From positions 1 to 41,003 of the IMG/VR virus record IMGVR_UViG_3300045988_002471: a stretch of 41,003 bases of DNA; one strand, 5' to 3'. Positions 25,097-33,403 of the stretch are shown here, piece by piece. The stretch is from a virus (lineage: Duplodnaviria > Heunggongvirae > Uroviricota > Caudoviricetes). Within the stretch, counting starts at the first letter, position 1. Each line of letters begins with the position of its first letter. A program made the position numbers and the translations under genes. Under the pieces are notes generated by a model, which was given only the letters and a program-made list of their open reading frames with translations, did not search any database and had not been told where the DNA came from.

Positions 25097-25168
25097 CTTA
25101 TCATTTAAACATAGAAACGGCGTAATCTCAGTAAACCAGTTACTTTTTACACAAGCAATAGAGTATGG

Positions 25169-25263
25169 CCCTTCCGAACGCGTCAGCGTAACTACACTCA
25201 GGACTTACGTCCCGCTCCGTTACCTGCCCGCGCCGCGGTCGCTTGTTCATACTTCACAAGCTC
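25169..25263 (-). ncRNA. Candidate structured leader RNA / cis-regulatory element, copy A
   Basis: Conserved blocks shared with 35876..35971; two hairpins at matching positions with different sequences; dedicated upstream promoter. Confidence 0.4.
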
Positions 25264-25269
25264 AGGTGG

Positions 25270-25298
25270 AGCTTAGCACATTTTCAGTGAAAAGTCAA
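25270..25298 (-). promoter_or_regulatory. Promoter TTGACT-N14-TGc-TAAGCT (extended -10) for element copy A
   Basis: -35 at 25298..25293, -10 at 25275..25270; same promoter at 35978..36006. Confidence 0.45.
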
Positions 25299-25361
25299 CT
25301 ATTCGAATAGTTTATTCCAACATTTACAATTATGTGGAATAACTGGAATAATCACAGGCGC

Positions 25362-25385
25362 TAAAAAGCCCCTTTCGGGGCTTAA
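25362..25385 (-). terminator. Rho-independent terminator after the Ig-like gene
   Basis: AAGCCCC-tttc-GGGGCTT with T-run on the minus strand. Confidence 0.6.
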
Positions 25386-25387
25386 GT

Positions 25388-25849
25388 TTATTCTGGCTTC
25401 GTAGCCTTCGCAGCTTTACTCACCGCCTCAACTCCAGTGGCATCAGTAACTTTAACGAAGTATTCACCCACCGCGTTAACCGTCAGAGACAAAGCCTCTT
25501 CCGGGGCGTTTACCACTTCCTTGCCGTCTTTGTACCAGGTCAGAGTATACGGCGCTTTACCTGCCTTAACTTCGACGGTGATGGTGGCGCTACCGTCGAC
25601 CAGCTCGGTGTCTTTCGGTTGCACCGAGAAATACACGTCACCTGCATCCGCCAGATACGGAATCTCGTAAAGCATACCCGCCGCGGGCAACGCAATGCCC
25701 GTTTTATCTGCAAACGGCATATCGTCTACAGGGGTACCCAGTACACTTTCATCATCAATAAACACCACGTTCTCACCAGAGCCAGACACGCGGGCGTACT
25801 GGACTACGCGACGTGACGGTACATCAGTTACTTTGAAAAAGCCCATCAT
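25388..25849 (-). CDS. Ig-like domain structural protein (possible head decoration)
   Basis: C-terminal TITVEVKAGKAPYTLTWYKDGKEV...EYFVKVTDATG; start overlaps upstream stop. Confidence 0.5.
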   Translation of the reverse strand: MMGFFKVTDVPSRRVVQYARVSGSGENVVFIDDESVLGTPVDDMPFADKTGIALPAAGMLYEIPYLADAGDVYFSVQPKDTELVDGSATITVEVKAGKAPYTLTWYKDGKEVVNAPEEALSLTVNAVGEYFVKVTDATGVEAVSKAAKATKPE

Positions 25850-26892
25850 TAATCCCCTTTCAGATAATCAGCAACACGTTTATCGAGTTCCGCCATCTGC
25901 TTAAGCGTGAGCGGATTCCCGAAACCATCTACAGATATTACGCGAAACTCTTCCGGAGATATACCGCTGTTACGGAAAATCTTACCGCGAACAGGGCCGA
26001 GGGCCTGTTCCTGGAACCACGCCGGTTGTTGCTTCAGGAACTCGTAGTAAGTGGTGTCTGCGCTTACCTGAGTACCACCATCTGCGCCTTTAGCCGCTCG
26101 TTTTGCGCCCTTATCGAGGAAGTCGAACTCCGAGCTAATTACCGGCGCAGTGGTACTTCGGCAATTCGGATGCGCCGGCGGCATCGGCCCCTTACCGATT
26201 TCCCACGTCATCCCGTCCCGGGCCCTGCAAATCGTACTGGTACGGCTGTCAAGCGTTGACACCCACTCATATTTCTCGATGATGTCGTCGTTCTGGCGGT
26301 ACGTCTCGTTACGGGCTTCGTTGGATACGTGAGACAGCGCAGTGCGGGTTACCGTCGCGGCGTTACGCTCAGAGATGTCCGCCAGCCCACCAGCGCCAAC
26401 AACATTCTTAACAATCTGCCGTGTTGTCTGACCTTGTACAAAGCCCATCTTAACGCCGGTTACAAGACGTGCTACTTCCGTTTCACCCCAACCTGACATC
26501 AGTTTAGTGAAATCAACGGGCTTGTCGCTTAACGATAATGGCTGAAACTCAGCAGCGGCCCATACCTGTTCCGCGGTAGGTGTAACAAATTCTGCGTTAA
26601 CGTTGGCAGTCAGCGTTTTTACGTTCCACTCAGCCTCATACGCCGCCAGTTCCTTGAGGTCTTCTGTCAGCTTTGTTTGCCAGTCACCTGTAATCCCTGT
26701 CAGTGCTTCTTCAAGGTCGCGTAACAATTTATTCAGTCGCGCGGTGCTGCGACCGTCGTCGCCGAATAGCAACACCTGCCGTTTGATTTCGTCCCGCATC
26801 TCCTGAATGAACGGCGCAAGGTCTTTCACTTCGCCGGATGCGGTGCGTTGCAGCCATATCTGGTGGCTGATTAGGGATGTCAGTAAGCTCAT
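25849..26892 (-). CDS. Head morphogenesis protein (Mu F / SPP1 gp7-like, putative)
   Basis: 347 aa; located downstream of portal; RBS AGGAGG. Confidence 0.6.
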   Translation of the reverse strand: MSLLTSLISHQIWLQRTASGEVKDLAPFIQEMRDEIKRQVLLFGDDGRSTARLNKLLRDLEEALTGITGDWQTKLTEDLKELAAYEAEWNVKTLTANVNAEFVTPTAEQVWAAAEFQPLSLSDKPVDFTKLMSGWGETEVARLVTGVKMGFVQGQTTRQIVKNVVGAGGLADISERNAATVTRTALSHVSNEARNETYRQNDDIIEKYEWVSTLDSRTSTICRARDGMTWEIGKGPMPPAHPNCRSTTAPVISSEFDFLDKGAKRAAKGADGGTQVSADTTYYEFLKQQPAWFQEQALGPVRGKIFRNSGISPEEFRVISVDGFGNPLTLKQMAELDKRVADYLKGD

Positions 26893-26973
26893 ATACCCTC
26901 CTGTTTCGATATGACAATCATATCAGTCGGTAACGTATTGGCATAATCATACGCATTTAAGGTTAAAAAGAGC

Positions 26974-27007
26974 TTGATTAAATTCTACATTCAAATGTAG
27001 AATTTAA
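26974..27007 (+). promoter_or_regulatory. Promoter TTGATT-N18-TAGAAT overlapped by a 13-bp-arm inverted repeat (26978..27007)
   Basis: TTAAATTCTACAT-tcaa-ATGTAGAATTTAA spans the spacer and -10 upstream of the KilA-N gene. Confidence 0.55.
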
Positions 27008-27034
27008 ACGTACACTTAAACAGGAGAAATACGC

Positions 27035-27688
27035 ATGAAACTGCAAACATTAGAGTTCCCTTATGGAGAAATCACTTTTGACCGTGAAAACTTTATTAAC
27101 GTAAACGAGCTGGTTGACCAGATGAACCGTTGGCGTTTAGACAACGGCATGGGGACAAGAGAGCTTCGCCAGGTCATGGCAACGGATGGCTTCAAGATTT
27201 TCAAGGAGGAATGCGAAAAACAACTCGGAATCGAGAATGCCATAAGGGCGACGAAAGGCCGAAACGGTCGCACCTTTGCATGTCTCCATCTGGCAGTATA
27301 TATTGCTGAGCAATACAGCGCCTATTTCCATTTCCTCGTTATCGACCGCTTTATCACACAACGGCAGGTAGAACTACGAAACATTGGCGCGGTGAGCTTT
27401 GTCGAGCTTAACGCTGCCGTTAGTCGAATGATTGAGCGCACGGAGGGAAGAATTGGCCACAGTGGACACTTCATACAGGTGGCTAAAGCGGTAAAGGAAT
27501 CCGTAGATATCCGCGACGTAACGGGTTTCGATACATGGGACTCTCAGGATGCGAAGACCAATCAGTTGCGAAGTGACATCCAGAAAGCTCTGGTGACACT
27601 TCTTGACATGGAGGCCGTTAATACATGGGGTGAACTGAAAGAGGCGATACCCCGGGTTGTGCGTAAATGTGCGGCTAATATACGTTAA
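27035..27688 (+). CDS. KilA-N domain protein
   Basis: N-terminal ...INVNELVDQ...GRNGRTFACLHLAVYIAEQYSAYFHFLVIDRF matches KilA-N/APSES pattern from memory; only plus-strand gene inside the head module. Confidence 0.6.
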   Translation: MKLQTLEFPYGEITFDRENFINVNELVDQMNRWRLDNGMGTRELRQVMATDGFKIFKEECEKQLGIENAIRATKGRNGRTFACLHLAVYIAEQYSAYFHFLVIDRFITQRQVELRNIGAVSFVELNAAVSRMIERTEGRIGHSGHFIQVAKAVKESVDIRDVTGFDTWDSQDAKTNQLRSDIQKALVTLLDMEAVNTWGELKEAIPRVVRKCAANIR

Positions 27689-27692
27689 AGCT

Positions 27693-27720
27693 AAGGCCCC
27701 TAGCGGGGCCTTTCTATTTA
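27693..27720 (+). terminator. Rho-independent terminator (AAGGCCCC-tagc-GGGGCCTT + T-rich) between KilA-N gene and portal 3' end
   Basis: Perfect 8-bp stem then TCTATTTA. Confidence 0.6.
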
Positions 27721-29199
27721 CTCCTGCTGTTGCGCCGACTGCGGAATCTCGCCAGTTACCTGAGTAACAGCGCCTAACGGCACAGGTGCATCCTCAATAG
27801 CCGTTGTAATCTCCTCGTCAGTCCAGTCAGTTACCCCAGCCTTACGCAACGCGGCGTAGTAAGCAGTTGCCGGTAGTAAACCGGCATTAATGTCTGCCAT
27901 CCACTGCGCACGGTCCTGAGCGGTCATTGGTTGCAGGAAGAACTCCATGTTCAGTTTGAACTCAATTTCAGTGCTGTCGCTAATCCCAAGCATACCCGCG
28001 ACCCAGCGCAACGCATCGGTATACGCCATGCTTACGTTACGTGCGATTGTTGCCATAACGGACGTATCAGCGCCGCGTTGCAGACGCGCCGATTCAGCAG
28101 TGATTTGCTGCGTCGGGGTAATAAGCTGTGCACCAATCTGGATAGCCTGATTCTCTTTATCCAGCATGTTCTGTTTGGCGAGGTTGTTCTCTCCTGCCTG
28201 AACCAGAAACGCATTGCCGCCGTAACCGATGTTATGGCCTGAACGCGACCCCATGCGCACGCCGTGAGGGTTAGCTTCTTTCCACTGCGCCATGCTCATA
28301 TTCTCACCGGGGGCGATGAACAGAGTAGGCTGGCCTACGACGAAGCTGGACTCCTCATTGTCCGCGCTGTTGCGGAAGTGCCCGATATTAAGTTCAGCCA
28401 ACGGCAGCAAAGGTGCATCGTCAGGGGTTGGGTCGTTATTTCCCGCGCCGATGAACGTGAACGGAATCACCCCGACCGGAATATTACCGAGTTTCGGGAA
28501 TATTTCGATATAGCCACCTTCCATCAGTGCACCTTTCTGGTTAAAGCGGTACAGACGCTGGCGATACTGGCCTTCGAAAATATCAAGGACGCGGTATTGC
28601 TCGCCGTAGTTGGGGCTGAACTCATCCGCGCCATCGGTGTACTCGTATTCCTCACGCAATACAACCATAACCACACGATTAACAGACCCGACGCGCTGGA
28701 GACGCCAGTTGATGATGTTCTCTGCGGTGTAGAAAGCGATTGTTGGGTTTAGTAAACCCTCGTTTTGCTCTGCCATGGTAGCTACTTCTACCGCGGGGGC
28801 GTCAACCAGCAAACCACCGCGACCAACAGCATCAATCTCATACAGAGTATCCTGTGCGTGCTGCCACAGGCCAACGCCCGACCCGTCACAGTTAGTGGTC
28901 AGGTATTCCATCTGAGACGGAATAATCATCTCGGGGTCTTTGCGCATTACGCTGCCGACCATGCCTGAAAGCGTTCGCTTGGTGAAGTTGTAGCAAATTG
29001 CCCCCGCTTCGTATTCAGCCTGACGCTGGCGACCGTAAACCGGGTCCGGCTCGTTCTTACTGACGTCACGTAGATACGATGTCAGGTCGCCAGAAAGCGC
29101 ATGTCGCACCTTCTGCCACTTAGGGAAATACTCTTCGTACTGGCGGTGGCGGGTTTTAACGTTCTGCCCTTGCCCTGCGTTAATGTTTGCGGAAACCAT
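27718..29199 (-). CDS. Portal protein
   Basis: 493 aa directly downstream of terminase large subunit. Confidence 0.75.
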   Translation of the reverse strand: MVSANINAGQGQNVKTRHRQYEEYFPKWQKVRHALSGDLTSYLRDVSKNEPDPVYGRQRQAEYEAGAICYNFTKRTLSGMVGSVMRKDPEMIIPSQMEYLTTNCDGSGVGLWQHAQDTLYEIDAVGRGGLLVDAPAVEVATMAEQNEGLLNPTIAFYTAENIINWRLQRVGSVNRVVMVVLREEYEYTDGADEFSPNYGEQYRVLDIFEGQYRQRLYRFNQKGALMEGGYIEIFPKLGNIPVGVIPFTFIGAGNNDPTPDDAPLLPLAELNIGHFRNSADNEESSFVVGQPTLFIAPGENMSMAQWKEANPHGVRMGSRSGHNIGYGGNAFLVQAGENNLAKQNMLDKENQAIQIGAQLITPTQQITAESARLQRGADTSVMATIARNVSMAYTDALRWVAGMLGISDSTEIEFKLNMEFFLQPMTAQDRAQWMADINAGLLPATAYYAALRKAGVTDWTDEEITTAIEDAPVPLGAVTQVTGEIPQSAQQQE

Positions 29200-29210
29200 T
29201 TGTTGTCCTC

Positions 29211-30461
29211 TTAAAGTGCGAAAGTCACAGGGATGTTGATTACTGGTTTAACCACCGGCATCTCGTAAACTACAGGATAGCCGAGAGCATCCGCCATATG
29301 GTCAATGATGCCGTCTTTAGCTGGCTCTCCGTTATCGTCGTATGCCTGCTGCTCCAGCGTCTTCGCTATCTCAGGGCATAAGTGGTCGTTAATCCACAGT
29401 TTACCTTTTTCCAGTGCGGTATTCACGGCTAAAACACGGTCTTTAACCGGAGGGTTGGCGGATTTAGCGCGAACATCGAAACCTGCCTGCTGGAGTAACG
29501 CAATATCTGAGATTGACGCCGAGTTGGTCTTGCGGTTCTTGCCGCTGGCGTCCGGGTAAACGACTATGCGGTGGCCCTGCGACTTCCACTTCTCAGTAAT
29601 TACGCGCACGGTATCCGGTGTATCGAACAGGCCTTTCAGTTCTGCTACCGCGTGCCAGCCGTCTTTACGTTGCACATACACGGCGCTTGCGTTCTTCGTA
29701 ACGTTGAAGTCCTGCCCGATGTACAACGTGTCACCCGGTTGAATTACCTCTTTGCTGCGGTGCTTACGGCGGTCATATGCGTAATACACGCTGCCGGAGG
29801 TAAGGTTGACGAACTCACCATTCAGATACGCGTTAATCAACTGCGCCGGATAAGTCTCGGTCAGCGAACTAATGTAGTCAGGCGGCAGGAATCGCGCGTT
29901 CTCGTGTGTAGAAGCCTGCACCATCGAGTAACTCGGCGTCGGGTTCTCTTTGAACTTGGCGTAGACGAACTTGAACCCTTCCGGTGTCGTGGTGACAGAG
30001 ATGTGGTTAATTACACCAGGAATAACAAGACGCATACGGGCGACAATTTTGTTCCACGCCAGCTCAGCTTTCTCACGGCTCAATACATCAAGCTCATCCA
30101 CGACCGCAGCGGCGATTTTGAAGCCGACTATCGAGCCTGGGTTATCCATAGAACGGCAGATAACTGTACCGAGCACCGTCTTACCGCGAGTAACCACGAC
30201 TTCTTTGTCGCCAGATTTAACCAGCACATCGAGGCCGAGCAGGTTAGCGGCTTCCTCAAATGTCGGGTAGAAGATGTCACGGATAGCCGGGTATGTCGGG
30301 CCGAAGTAACCCAGGCGCGTACCTGGATGCTTGAGCATAAACGTAAGCAGGTCAAGGCAGCCAACAAATGTCTTGCCACTGCCGAAGCCGCCGACGTAGG
30401 CCTTGTATTTATTATCGCAATTCAGGAACAGCGCCTGAGGGGCGGATAGCTGAATACTCAT
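29211..30461 (-). CDS. Terminase large subunit
   Basis: Walker A GGFGSGKT near N-terminus; 416 aa; ATGA coupling to upstream small subunit. Confidence 0.85.
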   Translation of the reverse strand: MSIQLSAPQALFLNCDNKYKAYVGGFGSGKTFVGCLDLLTFMLKHPGTRLGYFGPTYPAIRDIFYPTFEEAANLLGLDVLVKSGDKEVVVTRGKTVLGTVICRSMDNPGSIVGFKIAAAVVDELDVLSREKAELAWNKIVARMRLVIPGVINHISVTTTPEGFKFVYAKFKENPTPSYSMVQASTHENARFLPPDYISSLTETYPAQLINAYLNGEFVNLTSGSVYYAYDRRKHRSKEVIQPGDTLYIGQDFNVTKNASAVYVQRKDGWHAVAELKGLFDTPDTVRVITEKWKSQGHRIVVYPDASGKNRKTNSASISDIALLQQAGFDVRAKSANPPVKDRVLAVNTALEKGKLWINDHLCPEIAKTLEQQAYDDNGEPAKDGIIDHMADALGYPVVYEMPVVKPVINIPVTFAL

Positions 30462-31003
30462 TCCTCTACCTCGCCCATGTTTGTGGTAACTATTTTGCCT
30501 ACGGGCTCCGCAACACTGAAAATAATCTCAGTCGGTGCCGTTTCTTCGGTGGATTCGACCGGTTTCTCTTTGCTAAGGCCTAGCTTCGCGGCAGCAAATG
30601 TAGCCGAGATGCCCGCGGCCCCGGTCTCGGTGAAGTATGCCTCTTCCAGTGCCTGTGCAGTTTCATAGGCTTCTGCAAATGCGGGAATCTCGCGCAGCCA
30701 CAGCTTAATAATCGGGATAGTGACGCCGATGTGCAGGGCGAAGCGGGCCAGTGATGGGGGTTTATCCTGAATCAGCGGGCGCTCTTCACCCTTGGACGTA
30801 GGCACAAGTTCCCATGACGTGCGGTCGAAGAACTCGATTAGCGCGTCGCAATAATCCGGGTCCCACAGCGCGGCGGAATTACGGGATGATTGATAAAGGC
30901 TCTGTTTACCGCGCGGTCGTTTACGTCGGCGGTTTGCGCTAACAGCTTCTTCATGTGCAGCTTGCACCACCTCTGGCGATGGCTGCTTGAGTTTCAGCTT
31001 CAT
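30458..31003 (-). CDS. Terminase small subunit (putative)
   Basis: Immediately upstream of and overlapping the large subunit; start set to ATG 31003 after RBS AAGGGGA. Confidence 0.5.
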   Translation of the reverse strand: MKLKLKQPSPEVVQAAHEEAVSANRRRKRPRGKQSLYQSSRNSAALWDPDYCDALIEFFDRTSWELVPTSKGEERPLIQDKPPSLARFALHIGVTIPIIKLWLREIPAFAEAYETAQALEEAYFTETGAAGISATFAAAKLGLSKEKPVESTEETAPTEIIFSVAEPVGKIVTTNMGEVEE

Positions 31004-31095
31004 ATAATCCCCTTGCATATGCGTCTGACCATCAGAGCGCACCAGACGCGCCCTACGCGTCTAAAGGGATTATATAAGGGGATTGGGCGGGATGT

Positions 31096-31121
31096 ACAGA
31101 AAAGCCCTCGGTAGAGGGCTT
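31096..31121 (-). terminator. Terminator-like hairpin (AAGCCCTC-ggta-GAGGGCTT) ending the small-ORF operon
   Basis: 8-bp stem plus T-rich tail on the minus strand. Confidence 0.45.
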
Positions 31122-31124
31122 GTA

Positions 31125-31226
31125 TCAGTTGTATAGGCCGTGGCGTGGTGCTCTTTTACCGTCGCCGCCGTAATGGTCGTTAGCTACGGGAATGGCCCAG
31201 GCGTTAGGGATGATTAGTAGTCTCAT
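31125..31226 (-). CDS. Tiny ORF (33 aa)
   Basis: Own translation; ATGA coupling to upstream ORF. Confidence 0.2.
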   Translation of the reverse strand: MRLLIIPNAWAIPVANDHYGGDGKRAPRHGLYN

Positions 31227-31381
31227 TTGAAGAAACCATCCTCGACAAGCTGACGGTATAGTTTAGCTGCGTAACGCTCTGCCTGGCCTTTGCGCCGAAA
31301 TATTTTCCCATTAACTGAATACTTATTTAACTCTGGCTCGTACCAAACTTGGTTGTCGATGAACTCCAGAATACTAATCAT
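31223..31381 (-). CDS. Small ORF (52 aa)
   Basis: Own translation MISILEFIDNQVWYEPELNKYSVNGKIF...; ATGA coupling. Confidence 0.3.
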   Translation of the reverse strand: MISILEFIDNQVWYEPELNKYSVNGKIFRRKGQAERYAAKLYRQLVEDGFFK

Positions 31382-31614
31382 TCCCCACTCTCCTCTTTAG
31401 CAATACGTTGCTCAGTTTTAGTGATACCCCGGCGCGTGAATAACACCGGGCTTGTCTTAACGTGCGTCATCAGACGGTTGTTATAAATTACATGGCGCTC
31501 GCAGTTAACGTCTTTGCTGTACTTGGCAATCGTCATTTCGTTGATGCCGGTTTGTCGGCATGTCTCAGCCATCGTGCCGTATTCTTTAATCAGGTTCGGA
31601 ATGCTGGTAATCAT
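31378..31614 (-). CDS. Small protein with possible HTH (78 aa)
   Basis: Track ORF trimmed to MITSIPNLIKEYGTMAETCRQTGINEMTIAKYSKD... (ATGA coupling). Confidence 0.4.
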   Translation of the reverse strand: MITSIPNLIKEYGTMAETCRQTGINEMTIAKYSKDVNCERHVIYNNRLMTHVKTSPVLFTRRGITKTEQRIAKEESGE

Positions 31615-31781
31615 CCTAAGAAATTCCTCGTTGTCCACATCGCATTCGGATATTTGTTATCGCGGTCCCGCACTACGGCAACCATGTTACCGCGTTGCAC
31701 CAGGCAAAAGTGCCGTTGTTGCTCGCCGTTGTAACGACGCCAGATTGCCTCTTCGATTGCTGCGTTAATGTCACTGAACAC
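31611..31781 (-). CDS. Small ORF (about 56 aa, GTG start)
   Basis: Track ORF has TTG start; GTG with RBS chosen instead. Confidence 0.3.
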   Translation of the reverse strand: MFSDINAAIEEAIWRRYNGEQQRHFCLVQRGNMVAVVRDRDNKYPNAMWTTRNFLG

Positions 31782-31866
31782 TGCCTCTACCCCACATAAA
31801 CCCAATCAACACGCCGATGAAATAACCGGCCGCCACAAGACCGATAACCACTTCAAGGCTCATACA

Positions 31867-32058
31867 TTACCCCACTATCTCATCACCGAGCCACGCCGTT
31901 TCTCGTATATCGTCGACCACACAAGCGGCGTGCTCACGGCTAATTGCAAAAATGTAGAAGCTGAACTTCTTCCCGTCGGCGTCGATGTGGTTAACCGAGT
32001 ATGGTTTCCACAGGACGCCATCGATAACTACGGGTTCAGGCGCTTTCATACCCATCAC
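31867..32058 (-). CDS. Small hypothetical protein (63 aa)
   Basis: Track ORF in the coupled small-ORF operon. Confidence 0.4.
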   Translation of the reverse strand: MMGMKAPEPVVIDGVLWKPYSVNHIDADGKKFSFYIFAISREHAACVVDDIRETAWLGDEIVG

Positions 32059-32233
32059 CCCGGGATTTGTTCAGGTTGAAGCGGTTAATCAGTTCACGGC
32101 GTGTCTCATAAAGCGACTCCACCATTTGCTCGGCTACCGCGATTTTAGTATTCAGGACGCGCATCACGTGGCTGATGTCTACGCCGCCGTTAACGGCCTC
32201 TACCATCATCTTTTCGTATTCACGGTCGGTCAT
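32036..32233 (-). CDS. Small hypothetical protein (65 aa)
   Basis: Start set to MTDREYEK (ATGA coupling, RBS GGGGAGAG). Confidence 0.4.
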   Translation of the reverse strand: MTDREYEKMMVEAVNGGVDISHVMRVLNTKIAVAEQMVESLYETRRELINRFNLNKSRGDGYESA

Positions 32234-32385
32234 TTTTTCTCTCCCCACATGCGATTGAGATACTTGTTCTTGTCCGGCCCCGGGAAACTGTTACGTTTCA
32301 TCAGTTCCTCGCGTGACGGGAACGGGACGTGACTGACTTTACGGCCTACTCGTAACGGCTGGCTTACTGGGCCTTGTTCGCTCAT
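32230..32385 (-). CDS. Small ORF (51 aa)
   Basis: Own translation MSEQGPVSQPLRVGRKVSHVPFPSREELMKRNSFPGPDKNKYLNRMWGEKK; RBS AGGAGA. Confidence 0.35.
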   Translation of the reverse strand: MSEQGPVSQPLRVGRKVSHVPFPSREELMKRNSFPGPDKNKYLNRMWGEKK

Positions 32386-32531
32386 TTCTTCTCTCCTGCA
32401 TAAGCTGCTTTAAGTGTCTGCATCGCGGCGAACCAGAACGCGTCCGCTGGAATGCTGTTGCTCAGGTTACTAATGGCGATGCGCGCCATCAGTTGTGCGT
32501 CTTTGAATGCTTCGGTATCTGTGATTTTCAT
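32382..32531 (-). CDS. Small ORF (49 aa)
   Basis: Own translation MKITDTEAFKDAQLMARIAISNLSNSIPADAFWFAAMQTLKAAYAGEKK; ATGA coupling both ends. Confidence 0.35.
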   Translation of the reverse strand: MKITDTEAFKDAQLMARIAISNLSNSIPADAFWFAAMQTLKAAYAGEKK

Positions 32532-32719
32532 TTATCATCTCCGTAAAAAGCTGCCACTTGCCCAACAATAATCATAAAATCATCCAGGCTCACATTAACA
32601 TTAGCTAATTCGTCACTATCTCCGTCGGTGCAAGTTATAAGTAATGAACCATCCCTGCACTTCTCTATCTCCAGGAAATCGCCCCAGTTATCGGTATGCT
32701 TAATCTTAGTAATTTTCAT
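32528..32719 (-). CDS. Small acidic hypothetical protein (63 aa), first gene of the operon
   Basis: Track ORF about 30 nt downstream of promoter 32753..32781. Confidence 0.45.
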   Translation of the reverse strand: MKITKIKHTDNWGDFLEIEKCRDGSLLITCTDGDSDELANVNVSLDDFMIIVGQVAAFYGDDK

Positions 32720-32752
32720 CTTCTCTACTCCGTTCTCGTTGTCGATGGAGTA

Positions 32753-32781
32753 AATATAATAGGGTCGATGGTAATAGTCAA
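32753..32781 (-). promoter_or_regulatory. Sigma70-like promoter TTGACT-N17-TATATT for the small-ORF operon
   Basis: -35 at 32781..32776, -10 at 32758..32753 on the minus strand. Confidence 0.55.
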
Positions 32782-32802
32782 CTAGTCATTACAGAAAATA
32801 GA

Positions 32803-32836
32803 TAAAAAAAATCCCGGCTGGGTCAGGGCCGGGATA
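32803..32836 (-). terminator. Rho-independent terminator after the endolysin gene
   Basis: ATCCCGGC...GCCGGGAT stem then T8 on the minus strand. Confidence 0.7.
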
Positions 32837-32899
32837 AAACTGGAGAGCAGAGGGATGGAGCAGGAGGTGATTTAAGTATCGTCGGATTAGTCTCAGGTG

Positions 32900-33403
32900 T
32901 CAACCTTTCACCGCGCGCCCAATAGCCTCAGCCTCTTGCCACGGTTTACCGTCGAACAGCGCCAGACGCCCGGCTGTACGGCGACGCAGGCCAAGTAGTG
33001 GTTTGCCGTTCTGGTTGATGAACAGCGCCAGCTTAGCCCGCAGTGTTGCAGTATCACCAGAACGCAGTGCCTTGCCTGTGCCCGTAGTAGACGCAATCAC
33101 GCCAGCACCTGCGTTATACACCAGGTCACACACCGCATCGAACTGTGCCTGTGTAAGCGAATGGTGTGCTGCTGCGTCAACCGCAGCTACAGCCTTAGCC
33201 ATATCGCGATTCAGTAACAGTAAGCCCTGTCCTGGTGTGATGGTCTTACCTGGTGTTACGTCCGGCCCGTAGTGACCATAACCAATAGTCAGGTACTTCT
33301 CGTTCGGCGTAGCGCGATATGCAGTACCGCGGAACCCCTCGAACGCGGCGGTAAAATGCAATCCATTATCTGAAATATTTCGAGACACGCTTATGTCCTC
33401 CAT
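32900..33403 (-). CDS. Endolysin, lysozyme-like (GH24-type)
   Basis: FTAAFEGFRGTAY...TIGYGH lysozyme signature; start set to MEDISV (ATG 33403). Confidence 0.7.
   Translation of the reverse strand: MEDISVSRNISDNGLHFTAAFEGFRGTAYRATPNEKYLTIGYGHYGPDVTPGKTITPGQGLLLLNRDMAKAVAAVDAAAHHSLTQAQFDAVCDLVYNAGAGVIASTTGTGKALRSGDTATLRAKLALFINQNGKPLLGLRRRTAGRLALFDGKPWQEAEAIGRAVKG

Noticed and set aside
25299-25310. Perfect 12-bp palindrome CTATTCGAATAG as a possible restriction or recombination site
   Set aside because: More simply explained as an everted version of the GAATAG operator half-sites found at several promoters; no evidence for recombination.
29571-30449. 292-aa plus-strand ORF overlapping the terminase large subunit
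   Set aside because: Antisense to a gene with a clear Walker A motif and operon context; Arg-rich composition typical of a spurious frame.
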